Source: a virus (lineage: Duplodnaviria; Caudoviricetes). From it: 31,253 nt of DNA. The notes under the pieces are model-generated. The model saw only the letters and a program-made list of their open reading frames with translations, did not search any database and had not been told where the DNA came from. The stretch is from the IMG/VR virus record IMGVR_UViG_3300012971_000061, positions 1-31,253 of that record. The stretch is one strand, 5' to 3'. Positions 8,629 to 17,242 of the stretch are shown here, in pieces. Position numbers and translations under genes: made by a program. Each line of letters starts with the position of its first letter. The first letter of the stretch is position 1.

Positions 8629-9333
8629 ATGGACACTCACGCGGTCGATCAGCCCGACGCCGACGCCGCCCCGAGCAAGTGGCGACTTTGTGCGTTTTGT
8701 CACGAAAGATTCTATCCAAAACGCAAAACCCAGTTATATTGTAACGAATTCTGTCGAAAGGGTAGAAATCCAGAAGCAGTTGTTAGGTATTGTGCATGGT
8801 GTGAAAAGCAGCTATCATCTACTAATCCGAAAGCAAAATACTGTACAGATAGTTGTAGGCTAGCTGCATTTAATGCAAAAGATTGTTTTTATTGTGGAGC
8901 ACCTGCTGATACAAGAGATCACTTTATTCCTAAAGCATTTTATTATACAATTCAAAATCTAAAATGGGACCAAAAACAAATTCTAGTTCCTTGCTGTAAA
9001 GAATGCAATTCTACAGCAGGTGATCGTGTATTTAAATCATTTCGTGAGAAACGATTGTATATCAAAGAACGGTATCTAAAGAAATACGCTAAATACTTGG
9101 ATACACCAAATTGGTCACAAAAGGAATTAGAGGAACTTGGATCTGGCTTAAAATCATATATAATTGCAGGACAGAGAATTAAATTTGAACTTCGTAAGAG
9201 AATTGCTAGACTCGGTGGTGGAAAGCATAAAGCCTTTACTAGCTCAACTAATGGAAGAGTTCTAAAAGAACCTGATGAAATTGATATCATTGTTGATAAG
9301 ATGATGAAGGAAGAACTTGCTAAAAATCGTTAG
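8629..9333 (+). CDS. HNH endonuclease with two N-terminal Cys4 Zn-finger repeats
   Basis: CAFC..YCNEFCR and CAWC..YCTDSCR repeats, then CFYCG..TRDHFIP..LVPCCKECN. Start moved from 8587 to 8629 because the promoter overlaps the upstream codons. Confidence 0.85.
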   Translation: MDTHAVDQPDADAAPSKWRLCAFCHERFYPKRKTQLYCNEFCRKGRNPEAVVRYCAWCEKQLSSTNPKAKYCTDSCRLAAFNAKDCFYCGAPADTRDHFIPKAFYYTIQNLKWDQKQILVPCCKECNSTAGDRVFKSFREKRLYIKERYLKKYAKYLDTPNWSQKELEELGSGLKSYIIAGQRIKFELRKRIARLGGGKHKAFTSSTNGRVLKEPDEIDIIVDKMMKEELAKNR

Positions 9334-9808
9334 TCTAGACCCTGGCGTTACAACAGGATATTCTCTAGGCATTATTGAAGATGATGTATTTCTAGTAAGC
9401 TGCGATCAAGAAAAATTCTCACATTGGCATCTATGGAATTTACTATTAGAAGTAGAACCTGACATGATAATCTGTGAATCATTCGAATTTAGAAGTCAAG
9501 CAAGAGATGGACTAGAGCTATACTCTTGTGAGCTAATTGGCATCGTAAAGATGTATCATCAGAAATTCTTCAAACCCCAGCTGAAAATGCAGACAGCTGC
9601 TACGGGAAAAGGGCATTACAATGATGCCAAGTTGAAGAAGATGGATCTTTACATTCCTGGCAAAGATCATGGAAGGGATGCCCTACGACATATGCTACAG
9701 TGGTATACATTCGGAGCAGGATTCCAGTACAACAAGAAACAACCGATTATGCTAGCACGAACGGAAACCATCCTCAATAAGGGAGAGCAAATTGGCACTC
9801 GATCTTAA
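9317..9808 (+). CDS. RuvC-like Holliday junction resolvase
   Basis: IVSLDPGVTTG, ICESF and HGRDALRH form an RNase H-fold acidic motif set. Confidence 0.8.
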   Translation: MLKIVSLDPGVTTGYSLGIIEDDVFLVSCDQEKFSHWHLWNLLLEVEPDMIICESFEFRSQARDGLELYSCELIGIVKMYHQKFFKPQLKMQTAATGKGHYNDAKLKKMDLYIPGKDHGRDALRHMLQWYTFGAGFQYNKKQPIMLARTETILNKGEQIGTRS

Positions 9809-10046
9809 GTATGGAGAGGTTACTCTCCAAGAGAATGCCGAGCTTAGTGAATCTACTGAGCCTGTATTTTGCTTGCGTGCCTCAGATGCATTGGCCCTAC
9901 AGATGTTGCGCGATTACCGTTTTGCTTTTACTGATGCATATGGTGAAGAAGCAGATAAGAACTTCACCGATCAACTCGAACGCTGCTATGATATCTTCGA
10001 GGAGTGGCAAGAGAACAATCCTGAGAAGGTAAAGCAGCCAGACTGA
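9792..10046 (+). CDS. Hypothetical phage protein
   Basis: TTG start after GGGAGAG, EPVFCLRASD motif, acidic composition. Confidence 0.65.
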   Translation: MALDLKYGEVTLQENAELSESTEPVFCLRASDALALQMLRDYRFAFTDAYGEEADKNFTDQLERCYDIFEEWQENNPEKVKQPD

Positions 10047-10192
10047 TGATCGAACTACTTGATCCCAACGATGCAAGGCCATCAACACTAATCACTAAAG
10101 TCAATGAGATAATCGAAGTGCTCAATGAACATACGCATGAAGTTGTCGAGATAGATCGTACCGAACAAATGAAGTCGGATGATCCTGAATAA
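10046..10192 (+). CDS. Small hypothetical protein, 48 aa (not in ORF track)
   Basis: TGATG overlap with the upstream gene: MIELLDPNDARPSTLITKVNEIIEVLNEHTHEVVEIDRTEQMKSDDPE. Confidence 0.55.
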   Translation: MIELLDPNDARPSTLITKVNEIIEVLNEHTHEVVEIDRTEQMKSDDPE

Positions 10193-10250
10193 ATAGAAAG
10201 TTTACGGGGGTTGTCGTAGGCCAGGGAGACAGGCGCGACAACCCCCGTAA
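10190..10250 (-). terminator. Intrinsic terminator at the convergence of the two gene blocks (possibly bidirectional)
   Basis: Perfect 15-bp inverted repeat TTACGGGGGTTGTCG (10202-10216) / CGACAACCCCCGTAA (10236-10250), followed on the minus strand by ACTTTCTATTT. Confidence 0.7.
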
Positions 10251-10306
10251 TTGTAGGAGACGGCTACGGCGGTTGTTTTACGTCCCCTACTATCGTAGCA
10301 GGATTG

Positions 10307-10552
10307 CTACGAACTCTTATACTTCTCTATACCCTCTGGATTAGCTGCTACTGCTTTGGCTCTATTCGCACGTAAATAAGAGTCTGCTATTTTCCAAGCA
10401 GCAGCAACAACAGTAGCTCCTGCCGAAATCGCGAGTGAACTTTGTTCATTCGATATCCAACCATATGCTACTGCCTGTGCAGCTATCCAGCCTATTACTG
10501 CAAGTATCTGTGCTTGAGTAATATCAGGCATATTGCCGGGTTTCTTAAGCAT
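10307..10552 (-). CDS. Putative holin (two hydrophobic segments)
   Basis: QILAVIGWIAAQAVAYGWI and LAISAGATVVAAAW followed by a basic C-terminus. Directly downstream of the endolysin, with a GGGAG RBS. Confidence 0.7.
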   Translation of the reverse strand: MLKKPGNMPDITQAQILAVIGWIAAQAVAYGWISNEQSSLAISAGATVVAAAWKIADSYLRANRAKAVAANPEGIEKYKSS

Positions 10553-11338
10553 CTAAACTCCCACATCATAGTGGCGGAAGTGATTCAAGTCACTACGATA
10601 GGTATACTTTGCATATATCATGGGGTAGTGACCCAAACTCAAAATCATTCCATTGCCAACATATATTGCTACGTGTGTTGGATCTCCCTTGTTAAATCCA
10701 GGATATGAATAGGGTGTATAGCCATAAAATACTAAGTCACCGACTTTCATTGCACTCATGTCCACTCTATGGCCATGTGCAATTAAGGTTCCTGTATATC
10801 CTTGACCATCATATCCTCTACCATTAGGATCGGGTCCACCGCCTCCATACCAACAATTAGTAACAAACCCAGAACAATCCCAATGAAGTGGTACCCGTGG
10901 GGGTTTTAATACTTCCATTGGCCTGTATTGAGAATATCTGATTGCCATTCTATTGTTATACCAGAAGAATCCAGAGTACTTTGTTTGTCCTCGTATTTTT
11001 TCTTCTGGACTGATAGTAACGGCATCATAATATTCCTGTGCCAATTCTATTGATCTAGCATCAAAAGCCCATTCATTTGGCTTGTTCTTTGCATGTGTTC
11101 TTTCCAATGCATTATGAGCTTTCATTCCAAGTTGCTTAGTTGTACCAAGACCATGTTGCTTTTTGAAAACTATTACGGCTTTCATGAAGAACGGGCCGGC
11201 AACATTAGAAAAATCCTGCCATGGATAAACATCAGGATTCCAACGTGATATAGCCCGCTTGTGGGCGACTACATCTTTACCAATAACACCGGGAGTAAGT
11301 GCTCTAGGGAACTTTACATCAGGAGGTGTGCTACTCAT
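10553..11338 (-). CDS. Endolysin, NlpC/P60 peptidase with putative N-terminal peptidoglycan-binding region
   Basis: WDCSGFV (catalytic Cys), GDLVFY and THVAIYVGNG (His). The N-terminal LTPGVIGKDV...AVIVFKKQHGL resembles a PG-binding domain. Confidence 0.9.
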   Translation of the reverse strand: MSSTPPDVKFPRALTPGVIGKDVVAHKRAISRWNPDVYPWQDFSNVAGPFFMKAVIVFKKQHGLGTTKQLGMKAHNALERTHAKNKPNEWAFDARSIELAQEYYDAVTISPEEKIRGQTKYSGFFWYNNRMAIRYSQYRPMEVLKPPRVPLHWDCSGFVTNCWYGGGGPDPNGRGYDGQGYTGTLIAHGHRVDMSAMKVGDLVFYGYTPYSYPGFNKGDPTHVAIYVGNGMILSLGHYPMIYAKYTYRSDLNHFRHYDVGV

Positions 11339-11453
11339 TTGGCGGTACTACACCCTCGTTCTCATCGTTGTCTTCACTACCATCATCGTCATCGGGTGCA
11401 GGATCTTCTTCTTGATCGGGATCGGCTGGAAGAGGCTGCTCAACTTCGCTCAT
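11331..11453 (-). CDS. Highly acidic 40-aa peptide (not in ORF track)
   Basis: Strong RBS AAGGAGG-AACA-ATG. Sequence MSEVEQPLPADPDQEEDPAPDDDDGSEDNDENEGVVPPNE. The stop overlaps the endolysin start region. Confidence 0.7.
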   Translation of the reverse strand: MSEVEQPLPADPDQEEDPAPDDDDGSEDNDENEGVVPPNE

Positions 11454-11462
11454 TGTTCCTCC

Positions 11463-11762
11463 TTAGTCTTTGATGCAAGTGAATATAGTTGTTTGACCGC
11501 CGGGGTGATTAATTACGAGAAGCCCCGTCGAATAACCCGTTGGACATGTTGTTTCTCCCGATGGCCCTGGTGGGCCTACGTCACCTTTTGGTCCCTGAGG
11601 TCCTGGTGGGCCTGCCGGACCCTGAGCACCTTCACCTACATTTATAGTTACTGTCTTAGATGGAGTTTGGGAAGTTGCTCCTAAAACCGCTGCCGTCCCT
11701 AAACCACCAGCAGCGACTAAACTTAACCCTGAAACCGCTAATATCAGATTATTGCGGTTCAT
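11463..11762 (-). CDS. Membrane-anchored or secreted collagen-like protein
   Basis: N-terminal hydrophobic segment, nine Gly-X-Y triplets (GAQ...GET) and two C-terminal Cys. Confidence 0.8.
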   Translation of the reverse strand: MNRNNLILAVSGLSLVAAGGLGTAAVLGATSQTPSKTVTINVGEGAQGPAGPPGPQGPKGDVGPPGPSGETTCPTGYSTGLLVINHPGGQTTIFTCIKD

Positions 11763-11983
11763 CTGTACTTCCTCATTCTCTCCTCATGTAACTTACTAGC
11801 AGAATCTTCTGCTTCTTTTCTTGCTTTCTTTAATCTCTCCAGACATTCTTCATTTGCTGTGTCTGTGGCATCTTTTGATGCTCTTTTCATTGCTACTATA
11901 CCTGTCCATGCTCCTACGCAAGATGTAACTATAGCTGCTAGTCCAAGAAGTGTCGCACTAAGTTGAAGGGCCTCTATTAACAT
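11759..11983 (-). CDS. Single-TM protein with charged helical C-terminus (lysis-cassette membrane protein)
   Basis: Hydrophobic residues ~7-30 followed by a K/E-rich helix. ATGA overlap with the collagen-like gene. Confidence 0.65.
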   Translation of the reverse strand: MLIEALQLSATLLGLAAIVTSCVGAWTGIVAMKRASKDATDTANEECLERLKKARKEAEDSASKLHEERMRKYR

Positions 11984-12098
11984 TCATCTGTTGTTCTTCT
12001 TGTGCTTTTAATTCCTTGCCTTTCTTATTTCCTGTATTATCACTTCTTCTATTCTCCGGGTTTTTCGGCTGTGGATCTTCTTCCTCTATACTAGACAT
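11958..12098 (-). CDS. Possible 46-aa hydrophilic peptide (not in ORF track)
   Basis: TAATG overlap with the tail protein stop: MSSIEEEDPQPKNPENRRSDNTGNKKGKELKAQEEQQMNVNRGPST. Purine-rich and low complexity. Confidence 0.35.
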   Translation of the reverse strand: MSSIEEEDPQPKNPENRRSDNTGNKKGKELKAQEEQQMNVNRGPST

Positions 12099-15000
12099 TA
12101 GTCTGCCCACGCTCCTAAATATGATGCCTGTAATGTTCTTGTAGACTCCTTCCCTTTTCTATGCCATGTCCCATCCTTATAATAGTACAAATCTCTAGTT
12201 GTTTCACTATTGGCTTGGTGCCAAGCACCATCTTTGTAATAGTACAGTATTAGAACCCCTACTGCCGAAGCAACCCAGACATTATCGAAATTGTTTGTTC
12301 GTGTTCCGACTAGAACTGCAAGTTGGCCACGTGAATGGGTACTATTGGAATTGGTATTCCAGCGATCCCAGTAGTCAAAGACATATAACTTATCGCTATG
12401 GGATACCATACTTAAGAATCCATAGGCAGTTCCTCCGTTACCAAGAGCATTATTATTTCGCGCTGCTGGTATCCATCCTCCGGTTCCAGTATCCATCATC
12501 TGAGATACAAAATTTGATTGCACTCCCTGAGAAAACTTACCACTCCCTGTATAACCAAGAATTAAGTTACCGCGCGCGTCAAATAAAGCTCCACCTAATC
12601 CAGGATCAATCCAAGGCCCCCAATTTGTATCTGCACCAAACTGAGTTGGACATTCAAATTCGGAGCCATCGCTCTTAAGTTTCGCAACTAACAATATATC
12701 TACAAAACTAGTCCCAAATCCCAAGTCTGCCGCCATCCAAACACTTGTGCCGTCGTCGAATAATATCATTCCCTGTTGCCAATGTCCCCAATCTCCGTTG
12801 GTACCAAAGGCAGCTTGAGGTGATATTGTAATATTAGAATTTGCAACATCTTCGGCTTGAAATCTGATAGTGTTAGACCATGCTGATCCAGTCCATTCTG
12901 AATAAACAAATTCATTTTGCCCACTAACAGTAGTCGGCCCTACTGCTGCTAATCTCGGTGCCCATGTGCCACATAGAATAGCAGGATTATTAGAAGGGCC
13001 ATCATGATGACACATCGTAATGGCTACTCCGTACTGATTATCAGTATCAGCTAGTAGAGGTTCATAGTATCCGTCTCCATATAAAAACTGTACTTTGTCA
13101 GCATAAAATCGGAATCCTGATGGTGTTCCTGTAGGTTGGCCTATTTTAAAACTAACTACATCTCCAGGTGCCAATGTACCAACATTTCTTATGAAATATC
13201 CTCCGAAATCTGTAGCTGTAGGACAACTGGTATAGTTGCTGTAAACACCATTTACGTACATAGCTAATACTGGTCTTATTGTTCCAGAACCTTCTATAAA
13301 ATATCGAACTGCAACATAACTGTTATTGGTAGAAAAGCCTGATGGTACAGTTGCAGTAAATGATACGGCAGCAGATGGAAACGGATCTGTACCTGCGCCT
13401 GCATCCATTGTTTGATTGTGCCCTACTACAGTTTGGGTATCAGATGCACCAGTGCTATAATAGCGATTTCCAGTTTTAGATACAGCAGTTCCGCTAACTA
13501 CAGCGGCTTCTGCTTGAATAGGTCCAAAGGTAGTATATACTGCTGAATTGTAATTGGTTGGTGGCGGAATTTCATGTATCGCCCATGATGTACCGCCAGT
13601 CCATTTTGCTAAATAGCCTTTATACATATTCGGTGTATTGGTTGTGGGATTGGTTTGATAAGGCCATGACGAAGTTGGTAAATCATAATTGACACTATGA
13701 ACCCAATCATATGTGGTACTTATGTCATCTTCTTCTACAAAACCGACCCAAATACTTCCATCTGATCCTACTTTAATATTTGGGCGACCTTCATATCTGC
13801 TAGGTGCTTGTGTTCTAGGATAGGCACCAGCAGTAAAACTACCAAGATCAGAAATGCCAGAACCGGGAGTATATTTCTTAACGAACACTTTGGAATCCCA
13901 CCGAGGGAATCCAGTTGTTTGGACTCCTTCTGTTAAATAATGATTTCCAAGACCTGAATAAGCTATGTAGATATTTGTTCCGTCAGTACATGCGTCTAAT
14001 GCTCCTACTGCATAACTTGGTGCGCCTCCATGCTCAATCAATTGTTCATGACGTAATTCTCCGTGACCAGTTACATCATTTTCAACTACAGTCCAAGATC
14101 CAGAAGCATACTTGGCTATATAAGGGCCAGCATATTGAGTTCCTTCACCCACAGATGTTGAGGCATTTACAAGTTGATGCCAGATGGCATAAACATCACC
14201 GTTATCAAGTGTGAGGACTGTTTTAGTAGGCACCCACCAATACCAAAATGAAACTCCAGATATTGTAATTCCCGTCTGCTGCAACAGTCCATCACCAGTA
14301 TATGAATCACCAAGAGGATCATCATCAAAATCGTAAATATCGAATGATCTCCCAGGCGCTCCTGTATCTACAAGTGGAGCAAAGCAAACCTGTTTTATCT
14401 CAAAACTATCGGCGGGTACTGAACCTGTACTATAGTCAACACCGACCATAGTAAATGCAATTTCATCACCTGCCACAATTGGCATAGCTGTAACAATTAA
14501 TTGTGCTAGTGCAGGTGTGGGGTCTGCTGGATTGGGATTCGGAAAAGTTGTCGTATTAATTTTGGTACCAGTTTCATTAGTATACTTAGTACGACTCTCA
14601 CTAGGATTATATGTGATGTAATCCGTATATGCGGTTCCTGTTCCATTCGGCGGTGTGCTATCCCATATGGCTTGAATAGGAAGTCCATTTCTAGTCATAC
14701 AAAGGAAATAGTTATTTATATTGATTCCATTCTTAACTCTTGCTTGAGCAGTAACACGATATAACCCTGGTGGTGGCAATGCTGCACCACGAACCCAAAA
14801 CGATGGCTTATAAGAGCTAGGTATTGAATAGGGATTAGGCCCAGAAGTAGCAGCCCTATATAAAGCTAGATTTGTAGTTTTTTGGGTATCTGCTACCCAG
14901 TTGTCTACTGTAATTGAAACAGTAGATGATCCTCCTGTATTTGCGTCATCTTTTGCCTGAATACAATAGATAATTGAAAGAGCCCAACTGAGTTTTAATG

Positions 15001-15388
15001 TTCCTGTTTCACCGCCTCCATATGTACCGGCTTGAATGTAGTATGTAGTTCCGTTGACTGCACTAAATGTAACCTTAGATGTAACTGTGATATCATCGTC
15101 ACCCGAAGTGATTGCAGTTAAGGCAGTTAAAGTGGTTCCTGTCCAAATAGCTAAGGTTGTATCCATAGAATCGTCTAGTCCAGGACCACTATCATGCGTA
15201 TCAAATACTGCTGTCCCATCACCAGGAGCAATCCACTTGTACCAAACTGATTGATTTATTGCCGGAAAGGCAGAACCATGAGGTTCTCCTGTTTCTGTTG
15301 TTGCTGTATCTATTGTGACAGAAGTATCAGAACCAGTCAAGCCGGAAATCAAAAGAGCACTTGCAAAGTTGTCATTAACTGGAGGCAT
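12098..15388 (-). CDS. Large multidomain tail / receptor-binding protein
   Basis: 1096 aa, T/G/S/Y-rich and beta-like, at the end of the tail module. Has a PPC-like N-terminus, CBM-like IQAEAA segment and C-terminal LYYYKDGxWH repeats. Confidence 0.75.
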   Translation of the reverse strand: MPPVNDNFASALLISGLTGSDTSVTIDTATTETGEPHGSAFPAINQSVWYKWIAPGDGTAVFDTHDSGPGLDDSMDTTLAIWTGTTLTALTAITSGDDDITVTSKVTFSAVNGTTYYIQAGTYGGGETGTLKLSWALSIIYCIQAKDDANTGGSSTVSITVDNWVADTQKTTNLALYRAATSGPNPYSIPSSYKPSFWVRGAALPPPGLYRVTAQARVKNGININNYFLCMTRNGLPIQAIWDSTPPNGTGTAYTDYITYNPSESRTKYTNETGTKINTTTFPNPNPADPTPALAQLIVTAMPIVAGDEIAFTMVGVDYSTGSVPADSFEIKQVCFAPLVDTGAPGRSFDIYDFDDDPLGDSYTGDGLLQQTGITISGVSFWYWWVPTKTVLTLDNGDVYAIWHQLVNASTSVGEGTQYAGPYIAKYASGSWTVVENDVTGHGELRHEQLIEHGGAPSYAVGALDACTDGTNIYIAYSGLGNHYLTEGVQTTGFPRWDSKVFVKKYTPGSGISDLGSFTAGAYPRTQAPSRYEGRPNIKVGSDGSIWVGFVEEDDISTTYDWVHSVNYDLPTSSWPYQTNPTTNTPNMYKGYLAKWTGGTSWAIHEIPPPTNYNSAVYTTFGPIQAEAAVVSGTAVSKTGNRYYSTGASDTQTVVGHNQTMDAGAGTDPFPSAAVSFTATVPSGFSTNNSYVAVRYFIEGSGTIRPVLAMYVNGVYSNYTSCPTATDFGGYFIRNVGTLAPGDVVSFKIGQPTGTPSGFRFYADKVQFLYGDGYYEPLLADTDNQYGVAITMCHHDGPSNNPAILCGTWAPRLAAVGPTTVSGQNEFVYSEWTGSAWSNTIRFQAEDVANSNITISPQAAFGTNGDWGHWQQGMILFDDGTSVWMAADLGFGTSFVDILLVAKLKSDGSEFECPTQFGADTNWGPWIDPGLGGALFDARGNLILGYTGSGKFSQGVQSNFVSQMMDTGTGGWIPAARNNNALGNGGTAYGFLSMVSHSDKLYVFDYWDRWNTNSNSTHSRGQLAVLVGTRTNNFDNVWVASAVGVLILYYYKDGAWHQANSETTRDLYYYKDGTWHRKGKESTRTLQASYLGAWAD

Positions 15389-15389
15389 A

Positions 15390-16010
15390 TTATCTATCGA
15401 AGACTAGTGATTGTCCTGTTTTTCCGTGTAACGCACCATTGCTATCGACCTCGAACAAGACCTGCGATCCAAGCATTACACGAAATATCTGGCCTGACGC
15501 AATTCTAAATGTAGTAGTACCATTCGCTTGAACATTAACGTCCCCATCCGAAGTTAATCCAATCTGACCGCCATTGGTAACGGTTTCGATATAGATATCG
15601 TTTACTGATGTTAAGTGGATTTCAGATGTTCCGGAAGGTTCAGTAGTGACAATTCTGATTCCACCTGAACCATGACTTTCTATATATACACCACCACCAC
15701 CGTCATCAATAAATTCTAACCCGGCTCCAATACTGGAGTCACTGAAATCATTAGTATGAGCATAAAGATAACCACCGTCTTGTGGATAAGTATCAAATTG
15801 TAATCCTCCACCCCCACCACCACCAGTGAGAGGTGTAGCGTTCCTCATAATTGCTATCTGACCTTCTACTCCCTCCGGCGGGTCGGTATAGTCATATGTG
15901 GGAACAGTAGGCTTTAAACTATTTTGAAGCATTCTGACCTGTTTCTCAAGCATCTCTATACGTTGGACGAGATATTCATCTTTAGATTTCGGTGTCTTAT
16001 TAAAAGGCAT
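15390..16010 (-). CDS. Minor tail protein (spike-like)
   Basis: N-terminal coiled coil, poly-Gly linker, then short beta repeats (VYIES, IRIVT, IHLTS, IYIET, IGLTS, VNVQA). Confidence 0.6.
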   Translation of the reverse strand: MPFNKTPKSKDEYLVQRIEMLEKQVRMLQNSLKPTVPTYDYTDPPEGVEGQIAIMRNATPLTGGGGGGGLQFDTYPQDGGYLYAHTNDFSDSSIGAGLEFIDDGGGGVYIESHGSGGIRIVTTEPSGTSEIHLTSVNDIYIETVTNGGQIGLTSDGDVNVQANGTTTFRIASGQIFRVMLGSQVLFEVDSNGALHGKTGQSLVFDR

Positions 16011-17242
16011 TATCCCTCATTTACTCCGATATTATCTGCTGTGTCATATACCTGATTCAAACCGATCTCACAAATCGGTTCCCCAATACTTCCATCATCA
16101 GATATCGACATCTGAACAATTCTTTGTCCAGAATCTATCCGATGGTAACCTAATTCCTGGTCTACAAATATTGCAACGCCAGGCTTGAATATTGTCCAGA
16201 AATTCGTAATGTTGTTTGGAAGAACTGAAAGTGGTATCTCATGTTGTGGCTGAAGATCGAATGCTAACTGTTTACTTGTCTTTGCATCAAGAGCGTCGGC
16301 ATTCGAAATATCACCAAAATCATATGATGCATCAAGTCTACCGAATTGATCCTGTCCTGGTCCATAACCTATCGTAACTGCCGGAATATCGATACTATTA
16401 TACCCGGATACATGAGTTGCTATTGGACCGTTGTTCGTAAATGATATATCGAATGGCGTTTTAGCATCACTTGAATTATCGAACACGAATGCCCAGTGGC
16501 TATCAGTAGAATCTGTTATATCGAATGTAGTTGGATCACCATAAAAATAAGGAGATGCGATTTGGAATATCATATCCCATGTTGTTCTATAATCAAATCC
16601 TGGAGCAATATCTGACAGTTCTCCAATCATATCGCTTACAAATCGCTGGTCACCAAGAGGAACATCATATTTGATATTCTTCCCAATTGTACTAAGAGAA
16701 TAAGTAATTGGCCAACTATCGGTCTTAGCCAGTACTTTATCTAGTATATGTGTCAAGTGAGTAATAACATCGATCGATGTATCTAGATTGTACCCAAATC
16801 CAGGTTTTGAACCAGTATAAGACTCTAACTGACCCTCATCATTACCTGACACTGTGGGATCGCCATTAAAGGGAAATTGTCGGCGCTCAAAATAGTGCAG
16901 CCAAGACTTACCCCCCACAGTCATGAAGTCTGATCCTTTTTGTGTAGTTACTGACGTTATGAGGCCGGCCTGTATCGGTACCCAGCCTTGACGTAGTAAC
17001 CAACCGTTTCTATAAGGACCAATAAAATCATGAGTAACTATCGTCGCTCCGCTCATATCAAGAGCAGAGAACGTTATATCTAAAGATATGGTATCTGGCT
17101 CACGAAGATTTAATTCGCAAGTCCAGTTCTCCGGCCTAAAGGATATAGTTGTATCCAAGTTTTGGTCGAAGAAATCAACGTAATACTCACGATCATTATC
17201 CTTAGGAAGAGCGTGAGTAGTTAAGTCAGTAATGTAGCTCAT
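16010..17242 (-). CDS. Minor tail / baseplate hub protein (siphovirus Gp37-like)
   Basis: Follows the Dit-like gene. Start reassigned to ATG 17242 (MSYITD) from the ATGA overlap. Confidence 0.65.
   Translation of the reverse strand: MSYITDLTTHALPKDNDREYYVDFFDQNLDTTISFRPENWTCELNLREPDTISLDITFSALDMSGATIVTHDFIGPYRNGWLLRQGWVPIQAGLITSVTTQKGSDFMTVGGKSWLHYFERRQFPFNGDPTVSGNDEGQLESYTGSKPGFGYNLDTSIDVITHLTHILDKVLAKTDSWPITYSLSTIGKNIKYDVPLGDQRFVSDMIGELSDIAPGFDYRTTWDMIFQIASPYFYGDPTTFDITDSTDSHWAFVFDNSSDAKTPFDISFTNNGPIATHVSGYNSIDIPAVTIGYGPGQDQFGRLDASYDFGDISNADALDAKTSKQLAFDLQPQHEIPLSVLPNNITNFWTIFKPGVAIFVDQELGYHRIDSGQRIVQMSISDDGSIGEPICEIGLNQVYDTADNIGVNEG

Noticed and set aside
10223-10231. Terminator-loop sequence complementary to the chaperone RBS (AGGGAGACA)
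   Set aside because: A 9-nt match is not significant at this sequence length.
11259-11684. Plus-strand hydrophobic ORFs of 141 and 70 aa
   Set aside because: They are antisense shadows of the acidic peptide and collagen genes, which have a proper RBS and operon coupling on the minus strand.
12098-12250. Tail protein C-terminal repeats as a DGR variable/template pair
   Set aside because: The repeats are short, adjacent and coding, differences are not confined to adenines, and no reverse transcriptase is present in the window.
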